Assembly (NCBI GenBank): GCA_045628045.1
Contig: JAZQOV010000002.1
Coordinates: forward strand, 1 to 64,000
Direction of reading: 5' to 3'
From: Bacilli bacterium
Lineage (GTDB): Bacteria > Bacillota_I > Bacilli_A > RFN20 > CAG-826
DNA: 64,000 nt
Position numbers and translations under genes: made by a program
Part shown: in pieces, positions 42,889-52,948 of the stretch
Numbering within the stretch: position 1 is the first letter of the stretch
Layout: every line of letters begins with the position of its first letter
The notes under the pieces: model-generated
What the model saw: only the letters and a program-made list of their open reading frames with translations
What the model was told of the DNA's origin: nothing
Databases searched by the model: none

Positions 42889-44238
42889 ATGTACAAGAGT
42901 AAATATTTGAACAAAGTTCTTCGCGAAGTTAAAGCAAAGAACAAAGGACAAAAGGAATTTATCGGTGCTGTCGAAGAATTCTTCGACTCAATGGATTTCG
43001 TTGTCGACAAAGAACCAAAAATTGAAAAGTTCTCAATCATCGAAAGAATTGTTGAACCTGAAAGAGTTGTCTCATTCAGAGTTCCATGGGTTGATGACAA
43101 AGGCAAAATCAGAGTTAACACTGGTTATCGTGTTCAATTCAACTCCGCAATTGGTCCTTACAAAGGCGGTATGAGATTTGATAAGTCAGTTAACCTTTCA
43201 ATTCTTAAATTTTTAGGATTTGAACAAACATTCAAAAACTCATTAACAGGCCTCCCAATGGGTGGTGGTAAAGGTGGAGCAGACTTTGATCCACGCGGAA
43301 AATCCGATGGTGAAGTTATGAGATTCTGTCAATCACTTATGACCGAACTCTTCCGTCACATTGGTCCAAACACAGACGTTCCTGCTGGCGATTTAGGCGT
43401 TGGCGCACGTGAAATTGGTTTCATGTTTGGCTACTACAAGAAACTTAGAGATGAATGGTCAGGAACATTCACTGGCAAGAATTTCTCTTATGGTGGATCA
43501 CTTGGTCGTCCAGAAGCTACAGGTTATGGACTTCTCTACTTTGTAGAAGAAATGTTAAAAGAATTTGAAAAGACCTCAATTAAAGGCAAGAAAGTTATGA
43601 TTTCAGGTTCAGGCAAGGTCGGCGGTATGGCTGCTGAAAAATGTCATGAACTCGGCGGTGTTTTAGTTGCTATGTCTGATATTGAAGGTTACGTCTATGA
43701 TCCAAACGGACTCGATGTTCCATATATTAACGCTAAAGCTAAAGCAAAAGGCATGTTCTCAAAAGATTATGCTGCTGATCACAAAGGCGTTAAATTCGTT
43801 GCAGGCCCACGTAACATGTGGCACAACGTAAAATGTGACATTGCACTCCCATGTGCTACACAAGGTGAAATTCACATTGAAGAAGCTAAGGCAATTAAGG
43901 CTAATGGCGTTAAGATGCTTGTCGAAGGCGCAAATATGCCATGTGACGTAGAAGCAATTCGTTTCTTTAACACAAATGGCGTATTATTTGCCCCTGGAAA
44001 AGCCGCAAACGCTGGCGGTGTCGCAGTTTCTGGCTTAGAAATGTCACAAAATGCTCTTCACTTAAGCTGGACATTCGAAGAAGTCGATGCAAGACTCAAA
44101 CAAATCATGAAAGACATTTTCAAGAAATGTCATGATACAGCAGTCAAATATGGTCAACCAACCAATATTGCATTAGGTGCAAATATTGCAGGATTTGAAA
44201 AAGTCATGGATGCCATGATTGCACAAGGAGTTTGCTAA
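42889..44238 (+). CDS. gdhA: Glutamate dehydrogenase (GdhA type)
   Basis: GPYKGG.RF, LPMGGGKGG.DF, DVPAGD.GVG, RPEATGYG and KAANAGGV motifs. Confidence 0.96.
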   Translation: MYKSKYLNKVLREVKAKNKGQKEFIGAVEEFFDSMDFVVDKEPKIEKFSIIERIVEPERVVSFRVPWVDDKGKIRVNTGYRVQFNSAIGPYKGGMRFDKSVNLSILKFLGFEQTFKNSLTGLPMGGGKGGADFDPRGKSDGEVMRFCQSLMTELFRHIGPNTDVPAGDLGVGAREIGFMFGYYKKLRDEWSGTFTGKNFSYGGSLGRPEATGYGLLYFVEEMLKEFEKTSIKGKKVMISGSGKVGGMAAEKCHELGGVLVAMSDIEGYVYDPNGLDVPYINAKAKAKGMFSKDYAADHKGVKFVAGPRNMWHNVKCDIALPCATQGEIHIEEAKAIKANGVKMLVEGANMPCDVEAIRFFNTNGVLFAPGKAANAGGVAVSGLEMSQNALHLSWTFEEVDARLKQIMKDIFKKCHDTAVKYGQPTNIALGANIAGFEKVMDAMIAQGVC

Positions 44239-45455
44239 TGGCCTTTTCGACCATTAAAGCTCCTCACATTCTTCTCCCAAAAGCGGGTGTAGACATGAAC
44301 GCATGGGCAGTTATTGCCTGCGACCAATTTACATCTCAAATGGATTATTGGGATGATGTCGAAAAGTTGGTGGGTAAAAAACCATCAACTCTTCGCATGA
44401 TGTTCCCAGAAGCATATCTTGGAAAGGTTGACGATGTTAAATTTATTAACAAAGTTAATAAGACAATCCAAGAATACTTAGATACCAACGTTTTAGTGGA
44501 TCAAGGCGAATGTTTCATTCTTGTTGATCGTAAAACCTCAGTTGTCGAAAGACGTTTAGGTCTTATGATTGCAATTGACCTTGAAGATTACACTTATGAA
44601 AAAGGTGTTAAATCTCTCATACGTGCATCAGAAGCTACTATTGTAGACCGCATTCCTCCAAGACTTAAAATTAGAGAAAATGCTCCAGTAGAACTTCCAC
44701 ATATTCTATTCTTATTTGATGACAAGAAACGCAAAATCATTGAGAAGTTATATGCCAAACGCGATAAATTAGAAAAAGTCTATGACTTTGAACTAAATAA
44801 AGATGGCGGGCATATTAAAGGATATAAAATCACTAAAACAGAACCAATCATTAAGAAATTCGAAAAACTTCTTAAGAAGAATGGTAATGGATTATTATTC
44901 ATTGTTGGTGATGGAAACCATAGCTTAGCAACTGCTAAAGCACATTGGGATAAGATTAAAGTTTCACTTAGTGAAGCTGAAAGAAAAACTCATCCAGCAA
45001 GATACGCTCTTGTTGAAGCATTAAATATTTACGATGAAGGTTTGATTTTCGAACCTATTCATCGTGTTGTATTTGATGTTGGTGATTCATTCTTACCTGG
45101 ACTTCGTAAAGCCCTTGGTGGCGAATACGAATCATATACTTATTCCACCAACGGTGGAAAAGAAAAACTTATGATGCCAAAAGTTGGCCCAGAAGCATAC
45201 GAAAAAGTTCAAGCGTATGTTGATGGCTACCTTAAAGCACATAAGGAAGCAAGCGTCGATTACATTCATGATGAGGATCAAACAATCGAAGTTGCTAAGA
45301 AACATCCAGGAAGTGTTGCATTAATTATGCCAGCACTTACCAAAGGCGATATATTCGATTACATCGCAAAAGACAAAGTCTTACCGAGAAAGGCATTCTC
45401 GATGGGACACGCTACAGAAAAACGTTATTATCTCGAATCACAGAGAATTAAATAA
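44238..45455 (+). CDS. DUF1015 family protein (ParB/Srx-like fold)
   Basis: WAVIACDQFTSQ, RASE.T...RIPPR, VGDGNHSLATAK, FEPIHR and LPRK.FSMG motifs; TAATG-coupled to gdhA. Confidence 0.85.
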   Translation: MAFSTIKAPHILLPKAGVDMNAWAVIACDQFTSQMDYWDDVEKLVGKKPSTLRMMFPEAYLGKVDDVKFINKVNKTIQEYLDTNVLVDQGECFILVDRKTSVVERRLGLMIAIDLEDYTYEKGVKSLIRASEATIVDRIPPRLKIRENAPVELPHILFLFDDKKRKIIEKLYAKRDKLEKVYDFELNKDGGHIKGYKITKTEPIIKKFEKLLKKNGNGLLFIVGDGNHSLATAKAHWDKIKVSLSEAERKTHPARYALVEALNIYDEGLIFEPIHRVVFDVGDSFLPGLRKALGGEYESYTYSTNGGKEKLMMPKVGPEAYEKVQAYVDGYLKAHKEASVDYIHDEDQTIEVAKKHPGSVALIMPALTKGDIFDYIAKDKVLPRKAFSMGHATEKRYYLESQRIK

Positions 45456-45473
45456 CAGAAAGGAAGTAAATCA

Positions 45474-46556
45474 ATGAGTAGAATTTACAACTTCTCCGCA
45501 GGACCAGCTATGTTACCAGAGGAAGTCCTCAAAACAGCAGCAGCGGAAATGCTTGATTGCCACGATTCAGGCATGTCGGTCATGGAAATGTCACACCGTT
45601 CCAAAACTTACCAAGCAATTATTGACGAAGCTGAAGCAGATCTTCGTAAATTAATTGGTATTCCAGAAAACTATAAAGTTTTATTCCTTCAAGGCGGTGC
45701 TACACTTCAATTTGCCATGATTCCAATGAACTTCATGGTTAAAGGAAAAGCAGATTACATTAACACTGGTGTTTGGACAAAGAAAGCCATCAAAGATGCA
45801 AAACTCTATGGTGAAGTTAACGTTGTCGCATCAGGCGAAGAAGGTGGATTTAAGAAAATCCCAGATCTCAAAGGTGTTAAGTTTGACAAAGATGCAGACT
45901 ATGTCTACATCTGTGACAACAATACAATCTTTGGTTCAAAATACAAAGAATATCCAGAAACAGGTGATATTCCATTAATCGCAGATATGTCATCATGCTT
46001 CTTATCAGAACCAATCGATGTTAAGAAGTTCGGCATGATTTATGCAGGTGCACAAAAGAACGTTGGCCCAGCTGGCGTTACAATTTGTATCATCAGAGAT
46101 GATCTTCTTGCACGTACACCAAAGATTCCACTTGCAGCATATTTAGACTATAGAATTCATGCTGAAAATGGTTCTATGTACAACACTCCTCCAACCTATG
46201 GTATTTACATTTGTGGTTTAGTCTTCAAATGGTTACTTAAGACTGGCGGACTTGAAGCAAGACAAAAACTCAACGAAGAAAAGGCAGCATTGCTTTATGA
46301 ATACCTTGATTCTTCAAAACTCTTTACTCCATACGTTGATAAAGCATCACGTTCATTAATGAACGTTACATTCAGAACTCCAAGCGATGAAATGGATGCT
46401 GAATTCCTCGAAGGTGCAAAGAAATACAGATTTACAAACCTTAAAGGACACCGTTTAACTGGTGGTCTTCGTGCATCAATCTATAACGCTATGCCAATCG
46501 AGGGTGTTAAAGCTCTTATTGCATACATGAAAGAATTCGAAGAGGCACACAAATAA
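45474..46556 (+). CDS. serC: Phosphoserine aminotransferase
   Basis: NFSAGPA.LP, EMSHRS, FLQGGA, YAGAQKN.GPAG, NTPP and GLRASIYNA motifs. Confidence 0.97.
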   Translation: MSRIYNFSAGPAMLPEEVLKTAAAEMLDCHDSGMSVMEMSHRSKTYQAIIDEAEADLRKLIGIPENYKVLFLQGGATLQFAMIPMNFMVKGKADYINTGVWTKKAIKDAKLYGEVNVVASGEEGGFKKIPDLKGVKFDKDADYVYICDNNTIFGSKYKEYPETGDIPLIADMSSCFLSEPIDVKKFGMIYAGAQKNVGPAGVTICIIRDDLLARTPKIPLAAYLDYRIHAENGSMYNTPPTYGIYICGLVFKWLLKTGGLEARQKLNEEKAALLYEYLDSSKLFTPYVDKASRSLMNVTFRTPSDEMDAEFLEGAKKYRFTNLKGHRLTGGLRASIYNAMPIEGVKALIAYMKEFEEAHK

Positions 46557-47683
46557 TGAAGGTTTTATGTCTAAATAAAATCAGCCCAGTTGGAATGAAG
46601 GTTTTACCTTCATCCTACACTGTGACTGAAGATATGAATGAAGCAGGTGCAATTCTTGTTAGAAGTGCAAACATGCTTGAAACTGTTCTTCCAGCTGGCG
46701 TTTTAGCAGTTGCTCGTGCAGGTGCAGGTGTCAACAACATCCCACTTGAAGCATACGCAAAAGCAGGTGTTGTTGTTTTCAATACACCAGGCGCAAATGC
46801 TAACGCAGTTAAAGAACTCACAATTGCAGCAATGCTTCTTGCAGCTCGTGATATTCGTGGCTCAATGGAATGGGTCAAGGAAAACAAGGGTGATGAACTT
46901 ATCAATAAGTCCATGGAAAAAGCAAAAGGCGCATTCGCAGGAACCGAAATCATGGGCAAAACCCTTGGTATTATTGGTTTAGGCGCAATTGGCGCTTTAG
47001 TTGCTGGTGCTGCTGGTGCACTTGGAATGCATGTTATTGCAGTTGAACCAAGCGCAGCAACAGTCGAAAGAAACAAACACCTCTGTCCAGCAGATTTAGA
47101 AGTTGTTTCATATGATGAGCTTTATGCTCGTGCTGATTATATTTCAGTTCACGTCCCACTATTAGACGCAACTAAAGGAATGATCAACAAAGCAGCATTT
47201 GGCAAAATGAAAGACGGCGTTATCCTTGTTAACTGTGCACGTGATGCAATTGTTAATGATGATGACCTTAAAGAAGCCATTGCAGCAGGAAAAGTTCGTA
47301 GATACGTTACAGACTTCCCTAACTTCAAGACTGCTAATATGGAAGGTGTCGTTGCAATTTCACACTTAGGTGCTTCAACTGAAGAAGCTGAAGACAACTG
47401 TGCAGCAATGGCAGCAAAACAAGTTGTCGACTATGTCGAAAACGGTAATATTATCAATTCAGTCAACTACCCAAGAATTGATCTTGGTGCAAAAACAGGT
47501 ACTCGTGTTGTCGTTTTATTCGAAGGCGACCACGTTGCAGAAATTACTGGAATGCTCAAAGCAACTAAACTTGCTTCAGGCATGAAAGGTAACTTCGGTG
47601 CTGTTGTAGCAGAAGTTGCTTCAGTCGATGAAGCTGCTCTTAAAGCTGTAGCAGGCGTTACAAGAGTTGTTGTTATTAAATAA
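46556..47683 (+). CDS. serA: D-3-phosphoglycerate dehydrogenase
   Basis: ARAGAGVNNIP, NTPGANANAVKE, GLGAIG and HLGAST.EAE motifs. Confidence 0.93.
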   Translation: MKVLCLNKISPVGMKVLPSSYTVTEDMNEAGAILVRSANMLETVLPAGVLAVARAGAGVNNIPLEAYAKAGVVVFNTPGANANAVKELTIAAMLLAARDIRGSMEWVKENKGDELINKSMEKAKGAFAGTEIMGKTLGIIGLGAIGALVAGAAGALGMHVIAVEPSAATVERNKHLCPADLEVVSYDELYARADYISVHVPLLDATKGMINKAAFGKMKDGVILVNCARDAIVNDDDLKEAIAAGKVRRYVTDFPNFKTANMEGVVAISHLGASTEEAEDNCAAMAAKQVVDYVENGNIINSVNYPRIDLGAKTGTRVVVLFEGDHVAEITGMLKATKLASGMKGNFGAVVAEVASVDEAALKAVAGVTRVVVIK

Positions 47684-47701
47684 TTAACTCAATGACAAAT
47701 T

Positions 47702-47727
47702 AAGCATCGCTTCGGCGGTGCTTTTTT
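47702..47727 (+). terminator. Intrinsic terminator
   Basis: AAGCATCGC-TTCG-GCGGTGCTT-TTTT. Confidence 0.88.
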
Positions 47728-47769
47728 GTTATTTATTATTATCGCTATACATAGTATAATGTTAAAGCA

Positions 47770-48948
47770 ATGGAAGAAATTATTATTAATAAAATTGATA
47801 ATAAACTTGTAATTAAACTCTCCGGAAAAATTGAGTCAACTTTTGCTGAGGCTCATGGAGAAGAAATTTTCTCTAAAATAACTCAACAAGATGATGTAAC
47901 TATTGATCTAGAAGATGTTTCATATGTTTCAAGTGCAGGGCTTCGCATTATTTTAAAGTGTGCAAAGCTCGCTAAGACAATTGAAGTAATCAACGTTGAT
48001 GTTGATGTTTATGAAGTCTTTTCAATAAGTGGTTTTACTGAAATGATTAAGATTAAACGCGCTAAACGTGTTTTATCTATTGAAGGAAAAGAAGTTATTG
48101 GACAAGGCGCTAATGGCAAAGTTTATCGTTACGACATTGATACCATTATTAAAGTTTATAGAGAAGGCACAAACATGGATGACATTGAGAACGAAATCGC
48201 AATGTCTAAGAAAGCTTTTATACTTGGAGTTCCTACAGCAATTCCGTTTGATATTGTTCGTATTAAAGAAGGCGGCTATGGCTGCGTTTACGAGCTTCTA
48301 AAAAGTGATGTTATGAGCAATTTAATCGTGAAAAACCCGGGAAAAACCGGCAAATTCACTGAATTATTTGCTTCTGCATTATCTGCTTTTTTACATACTG
48401 AAACTTATGACGAAACTCTCCCAAAGAAAACTGAATATGTAAATGAATGGATTGAATATTTTGAAGAAAATAAAATTTATTCTCCAGATGTAATTTCAAA
48501 GATTAAAAAATTAATTTCTACAATTGCTGATGGACATACTTTAGTTCATGGTGATTTTCATATAAAGAATATTATGTTTCAAAATGATGAACCAATCATA
48601 ATTGATATGGACACATTAGGCGTTGGTCATCCACTCTTTGAAATTGCTTATTCTTATTATGCAATGGTTGCTTATGATGAATTAACACCAGAAAAAACAT
48701 TAGATTTCTTTGGTATCGATTATGAAATTACAAAGAAAATTTATGAAGATACTTTCAACATAGTTTTCAAAGATAAAAGCGAAGAAGAACGCAAAGATAT
48801 CCAGGAAAAAGCATCGTTTTTGGCACATTTGCGCATTTCTTACCGCGCAAATCACCATGTTCCATCTGACCATCATAAAGCACAACATGCAGTGCAATAT
48901 GTTCTAGATAACATTGATAAATTTACAACATTGGATTTTAAAATTTAA
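47770..48948 (+). CDS. STAS domain fused to an APH/choline-kinase-like phosphotransferase
   Basis: IDL..V.YVSSAGLR STAS motif; IGQGANGKVY, HGDFH.KNI and IIDMD kinase motifs. Confidence 0.82.
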   Translation: MEEIIINKIDNKLVIKLSGKIESTFAEAHGEEIFSKITQQDDVTIDLEDVSYVSSAGLRIILKCAKLAKTIEVINVDVDVYEVFSISGFTEMIKIKRAKRVLSIEGKEVIGQGANGKVYRYDIDTIIKVYREGTNMDDIENEIAMSKKAFILGVPTAIPFDIVRIKEGGYGCVYELLKSDVMSNLIVKNPGKTGKFTELFASALSAFLHTETYDETLPKKTEYVNEWIEYFEENKIYSPDVISKIKKLISTIADGHTLVHGDFHIKNIMFQNDEPIIIDMDTLGVGHPLFEIAYSYYAMVAYDELTPEKTLDFFGIDYEITKKIYEDTFNIVFKDKSEEERKDIQEKASFLAHLRISYRANHHVPSDHHKAQHAVQYVLDNIDKFTTLDFKI

Positions 48949-48950
48949 TT

Positions 48951-49715
48951 ATGAAAAAGACTAAATTAGTTTTGCTATTAGCATTGTCATCACTTCTTAC
49001 TGGATGTTCATTTTTGGAATCTTTCATTAACAAAACAGGATCCGAAACAAATCATCAGCAACAAAATGAAGAAACTCATCATGAGGATGGTGGAAACACC
49101 CAAACTGATGATGATGGCGGAAACACCCAAACTGATGATGGCGGTGGAACAACACACATCGATGATGGCGGAACAAGTGATTATCACCCTACAAATAACG
49201 CGCTTTCTTTAGAAGATTACACCAGTTTTGAGTTTCATGATGGTCATGAACCTGAATATAATGATGCTTGGAATTTCTATTATGGTGATTCTCATAATCC
49301 AAACGGATGTTTATGGGAGAATCCAAATGAAAGCGTAGATTATTCAGGTATTGAATTTAAAAAGAATTGTTTTATTGTTTCTCCAAAATTTAATTCTTGG
49401 AACAAACTTGAGATTCGTTTTAATTTTTGGTTCACACTTCATACATCTGATAAATACAGTGCAGTGAATGGTCAACCTCAATTTAAATTAGAGATGTATA
49501 ACTCGAGCGATAAACTTATTTCGGTTACAGATATTGTGATTGAGAAGTCAGATGTTCCTACTAATAATACAACTAGAGAAATTAGAACTTACATCTTTGA
49601 ACCAACTGCAACATTCTTTATTTTAAGATGGAATAATTACGTTCCAAATAAGCAAGGTGGTTATGGTCAAATCTTATGTGATGCCACATTAAAAGGATGG
49701 CCATACGATAGATAA
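48951..49715 (+). CDS. Lipoprotein with Asp/Gly/Thr repeat linker
   Basis: LLTGC lipobox; DGGNTQTDD repeats; aromatic-rich C-terminal domain. Confidence 0.75.
   Translation: MKKTKLVLLLALSSLLTGCSFLESFINKTGSETNHQQQNEETHHEDGGNTQTDDDGGNTQTDDGGGTTHIDDGGTSDYHPTNNALSLEDYTSFEFHDGHEPEYNDAWNFYYGDSHNPNGCLWENPNESVDYSGIEFKKNCFIVSPKFNSWNKLEIRFNFWFTLHTSDKYSAVNGQPQFKLEMYNSSDKLISVTDIVIEKSDVPTNNTTREIRTYIFEPTATFFILRWNNYVPNKQGGYGQILCDATLKGWPYDR
49086..49174 (+). repeat. 27-bp tandem repeat (about 3 copies) in the lipoprotein linker
   Basis: gatggtggaaacacccaaactgatgat / gatggcggaaacacccaaactgatgat / ggcggtggaacaacacacatcgatgat. Confidence 0.8.
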
Positions 49716-49733
49716 AAATATTCGATAAAATAA

Positions 49734-49763
49734 GAAAATACCGCGGAAATCCACGGTATTTTC
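49734..49763. terminator. Bidirectional terminator between convergent genes
   Basis: GAAAATACCG...CGGTATTTTC. Confidence 0.75.
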
Positions 49764-49778
49764 AATATTTATTGTTTA

Positions 49779-50696
49779 TTATTTAATTATTGTTCCGGCC
49801 TTGCCTTCGAATGCTTCTGGAGCTTTTGCAAGTGATGAAATTACTGCTGTTTTACCTGGAGCATTATTTAGGAATTTAACGCAAGCATTTACTTTTGGAT
49901 ACATACTTCCTTTTGCAAAGTAATCTGTCTTTAAGTAATCTTCCATTTCAGCTTTTGTAACCTTTTCAAGTTTCTTTTGATCTGGTTTATTGAAGTTAAT
50001 ATAAACATTATCGACTGCTGTTAAAATTACCAAATAATCTGCACCAACAAGTTCTGCAACTTTTGCTGATGCGTAATCTTTGTCGATAACTGCGGCAACG
50101 CCTTCTAATTTTCCTTTATTTTCAATTACAGGAATACCGCCTCCGCCTGCACAGATGACAATGTCACCTTTTTTGACAAGTGAAGAGATTGATTCTTTTT
50201 CAATAACATCGATTGGAAGTGGTGAAGCAACAACTCTTCTCCAGCCACGGCCTGCATCTTCTTTAATTGCGTATCCTTTTTCTTTTGCTAATTTTTTAGC
50301 TTCTTCTTCAGAATAGAATGCACCGACAGGTTTGGTTGGGTTTTGGAACATTGGATCGTTCTTATCAACAAGAACTTGTGACACAAGTGTCACAACATTT
50401 CTTTGAATTCCTTCTTCTTTTAATGCATTATAAATAGCATTTTGAATATGGAAACCAATGTAACCTTGGCTCATTGCGCCACATTCTGGGAATGGCATAT
50501 CTGGTGCGGAAGTTGATTCTGTAAATGCGAGGTTAATCATACCAACTTGTGGTCCGTTTCCGTGCACTAAGATAACTTCGTTACCAAGTTTGATGAGGTG
50601 GACAATTGATTTTGCAACCCCAACTAAAAGTTGCTTTTGTTCTTCGGCATTATTACCGAGAGCGTTTCCACCAAGTGAAACTACATATCTAGACAT
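49779..50696 (-). CDS. arcC: Carbamate kinase
   Basis: LGGNAL, HGNGPQVG, PTKPVG, GRGWRRVVASP, GGGGIPV, AVIDKD and GSM.PKV motifs. Confidence 0.96.
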   Translation of the reverse strand: MSRYVVSLGGNALGNNAEEQKQLLVGVAKSIVHLIKLGNEVILVHGNGPQVGMINLAFTESTSAPDMPFPECGAMSQGYIGFHIQNAIYNALKEEGIQRNVVTLVSQVLVDKNDPMFQNPTKPVGAFYSEEEAKKLAKEKGYAIKEDAGRGWRRVVASPLPIDVIEKESISSLVKKGDIVICAGGGGIPVIENKGKLEGVAAVIDKDYASAKVAELVGADYLVILTAVDNVYINFNKPDQKKLEKVTKAEMEDYLKTDYFAKGSMYPKVNACVKFLNNAPGKTAVISSLAKAPEAFEGKAGTIIK

Positions 50697-50808
50697 AAAA
50701 ATCTCCTTGAAACACTATAATTATAGCGGTTTCATAGCAAATCATGTATAAAATTACATAATATTTGCAAAGATTGTGATACAATAATTGACATATTGGA
50801 GTACAAAT

Positions 50809-51288
50809 ATGAAAACTAGATCAAATATTACATGGGATGAATACTTTATGTCTATGGCTGTTTTAAGCAGCCAAAGAAGTAAAGATCCACACACAAAAGT
50901 TGGAGCTTGTATTGTAGACGAAGATCACAAGATTGTTTCAAACGGATACAATGGAATGCCAATTGGATGCGATGAAGAAAAGCTTTCTTGGGAAAGAGGC
51001 GAAGGTTTAGATTCTAAATATCTTTATGTTTGCCATGCAGAATTTAATGCTATTTTAAACACAAGAGATGGTTCACACCTTAAAGGTTGTACTCTTTATG
51101 TAACACTTTTCCCTTGCAATGAATGCACAAAAGCAATCATTCAAAAAGGAATTAAAGAAGTTGTCTATATGGACAACAAATATGCCGATACTACCGAAAC
51201 TAAAGCATCTGCAAAAATGCTTAAACTTGCTGGTATAAAAACTAGAAAGTACGAAGGTAGATTAATTAACTTTACTTTTAGTAAATAG
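50809..51288 (+). CDS. dCMP deaminase (ComEB family)
   Basis: WDEYFM, RSKDP.TKVGA, GYNG, HAE.NA and PC.EC motifs. Confidence 0.93.
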   Translation: MKTRSNITWDEYFMSMAVLSSQRSKDPHTKVGACIVDEDHKIVSNGYNGMPIGCDEEKLSWERGEGLDSKYLYVCHAEFNAILNTRDGSHLKGCTLYVTLFPCNECTKAIIQKGIKEVVYMDNKYADTTETKASAKMLKLAGIKTRKYEGRLINFTFSK

Positions 51289-51293
51289 TCAAA

Positions 51294-52109
51294 ATGAAAT
51301 TAATTGAAATAAATAACCTAACTTTTAGTTACGACAAAAAAGTAAACGTCCTCGATGATGTTTCTTTTGACATAGAATCAGGTAAATATATTTCAATTAT
51401 CGGCCATAACGGTAGTGGAAAATCTACTTTTGCTAAATTAGTCATAGGTTTGCTTGAACCAAACGAAGGAACAATTAAGGTCCTTGGCAAACAAGTTGAT
51501 TCAAAGAATATTCGCGAGATTAGAAAACACATTGGAATTGTTTTCCAAAATCCAGATAATCAATTTGTTGGAACAACAGTAAGGGATGATATTGCCTTTG
51601 GTTTAGAGAATAGATGCATTCCTCGTGAGAATATGGATGAAATTATTGAGAAATTTTCCAAAAAAGTTCATATGGAAAAATTCTTAGACAAAGAACCAGA
51701 AAATTTGTCTGGTGGTCAAAAACAAAGAGTCGCCATTGCTGGTGTTTTAGCTCTTTCTCCAAACATAATTATTTTTGATGAAGCAACTTCTATGCTTGAT
51801 CCTGTTGGAAAAAGAGAAGTGCGTGAATGCATTAACGAGCTTCGTAAAGAAAATCCAGGTCTTACCATTCTTTCAATCACACACGATTTAGAAGAAGCGT
51901 TCTCTAGCGACGAAGTTATTGTGCTCTCAAAAGGCAAAGTATTAATTCATGAAAAACCTGAAAAAGTACTGGAAAACGCCAGTATTTTTGCGGAAGCAGG
52001 CTTAGATTTACCATTTAAAAATAGACTTATTGCTGAATTAAAATCTCAAGGTATTGAAGTAAAAAATACCGAAAGTATTGAAAGGATTGTTGAAGAATTA
52101 TGCCAATAA
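51294..52109 (+). CDS. ecfA1: ECF transporter ATPase EcfA1
   Basis: GHNGSGKST, FQNPDNQFVG, LSGGQKQRVAIAG and DEATSMLDP motifs. Confidence 0.93.
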   Translation: MKLIEINNLTFSYDKKVNVLDDVSFDIESGKYISIIGHNGSGKSTFAKLVIGLLEPNEGTIKVLGKQVDSKNIREIRKHIGIVFQNPDNQFVGTTVRDDIAFGLENRCIPRENMDEIIEKFSKKVHMEKFLDKEPENLSGGQKQRVAIAGVLALSPNIIIFDEATSMLDPVGKREVRECINELRKENPGLTILSITHDLEEAFSSDEVIVLSKGKVLIHEKPEKVLENASIFAEAGLDLPFKNRLIAELKSQGIEVKNTESIERIVEELCQ

Positions 52110-52948
52110 AATTTAACAATGTTTTCTATACATATTTAGAGAATTCGCCATTCAGAAACGAAGCTCTCAAAGGAGTCAATTTAGATATCAAGGATGGCTC
52201 TTTTACTTGTGTGGTAGGACGTACTGGTTGTGGCAAGTCAACACTTATTCAACAACTCAATGCACTTCTTGTTCCAAGCAAAGGAAGTGTCAATGTTAAT
52301 AATTTTGTTATCGAGAAGAAACATAAGTCATTAAAACGAATTCATGAATTGAGAAAAGAAGTTGGAATCGTTTTCCAATTTTCTGAATATCAACTTTTTG
52401 AAGAAACGGTTGAAGAAGATGTTGCTTTTGGTCCAATGAATTTTGGTGTAAAAAAAGAAAAAGCACTAGAAATCGCGCATAAATGTCTAAAAACTGTCGG
52501 AATAGATGAAGATTGTTTTAAGAAATCACCATTTGAAATAAGCGGTGGGCAAAAACGTCGTGTTGCTATAGCGGGCATTTTGGCGCTTGAACCAAAAATT
52601 CTCGTTTTAGATGAACCGACAGCAGGCCTTGATCCTAAGGGAACAAGAGAAATGTTGTCCTTATTCAAGTCACTTAATGAAAAAGGAACAACAATAATTG
52701 TAGTTACTCACGATATTAATATCGTTTTTGAATATGCAGATGACGTAATTGTTATGGATGATGGCAAGGTTGCTCTTCACACAACCCCAAGCAATTTATT
52801 TAAAGAAGAAGTAGAAAAGTATTCTTTAGAAACTCCATTAATTCAAAAAACAGTTAATATGTGCCTTCAAAAGGGAATGAAAATTGATCCAACAAAGATT
52901 AAAAACATTCATGACTTGGCACTTGAAATAGCGAGGATTAGAAAATGA
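52100..52948 (+). CDS. ecfA2: ECF transporter ATPase EcfA2
   Basis: GRTGCGKST, FQF.EYQLFEETV, SPFEISGGQ.RR and DEPTAGLDP motifs. Confidence 0.93.
   Translation: MPIKFNNVFYTYLENSPFRNEALKGVNLDIKDGSFTCVVGRTGCGKSTLIQQLNALLVPSKGSVNVNNFVIEKKHKSLKRIHELRKEVGIVFQFSEYQLFEETVEEDVAFGPMNFGVKKEKALEIAHKCLKTVGIDEDCFKKSPFEISGGQKRRVAIAGILALEPKILVLDEPTAGLDPKGTREMLSLFKSLNEKGTTIIVVTHDINIVFEYADDVIVMDDGKVALHTTPSNLFKEEVEKYSLETPLIQKTVNMCLQKGMKIDPTKIKNIHDLALEIARIRK

Noticed and set aside
42849-43121. Antisense ORF over the gdhA 5' end
   Set aside because: Typical shadow frame of gdhA with no independent signals
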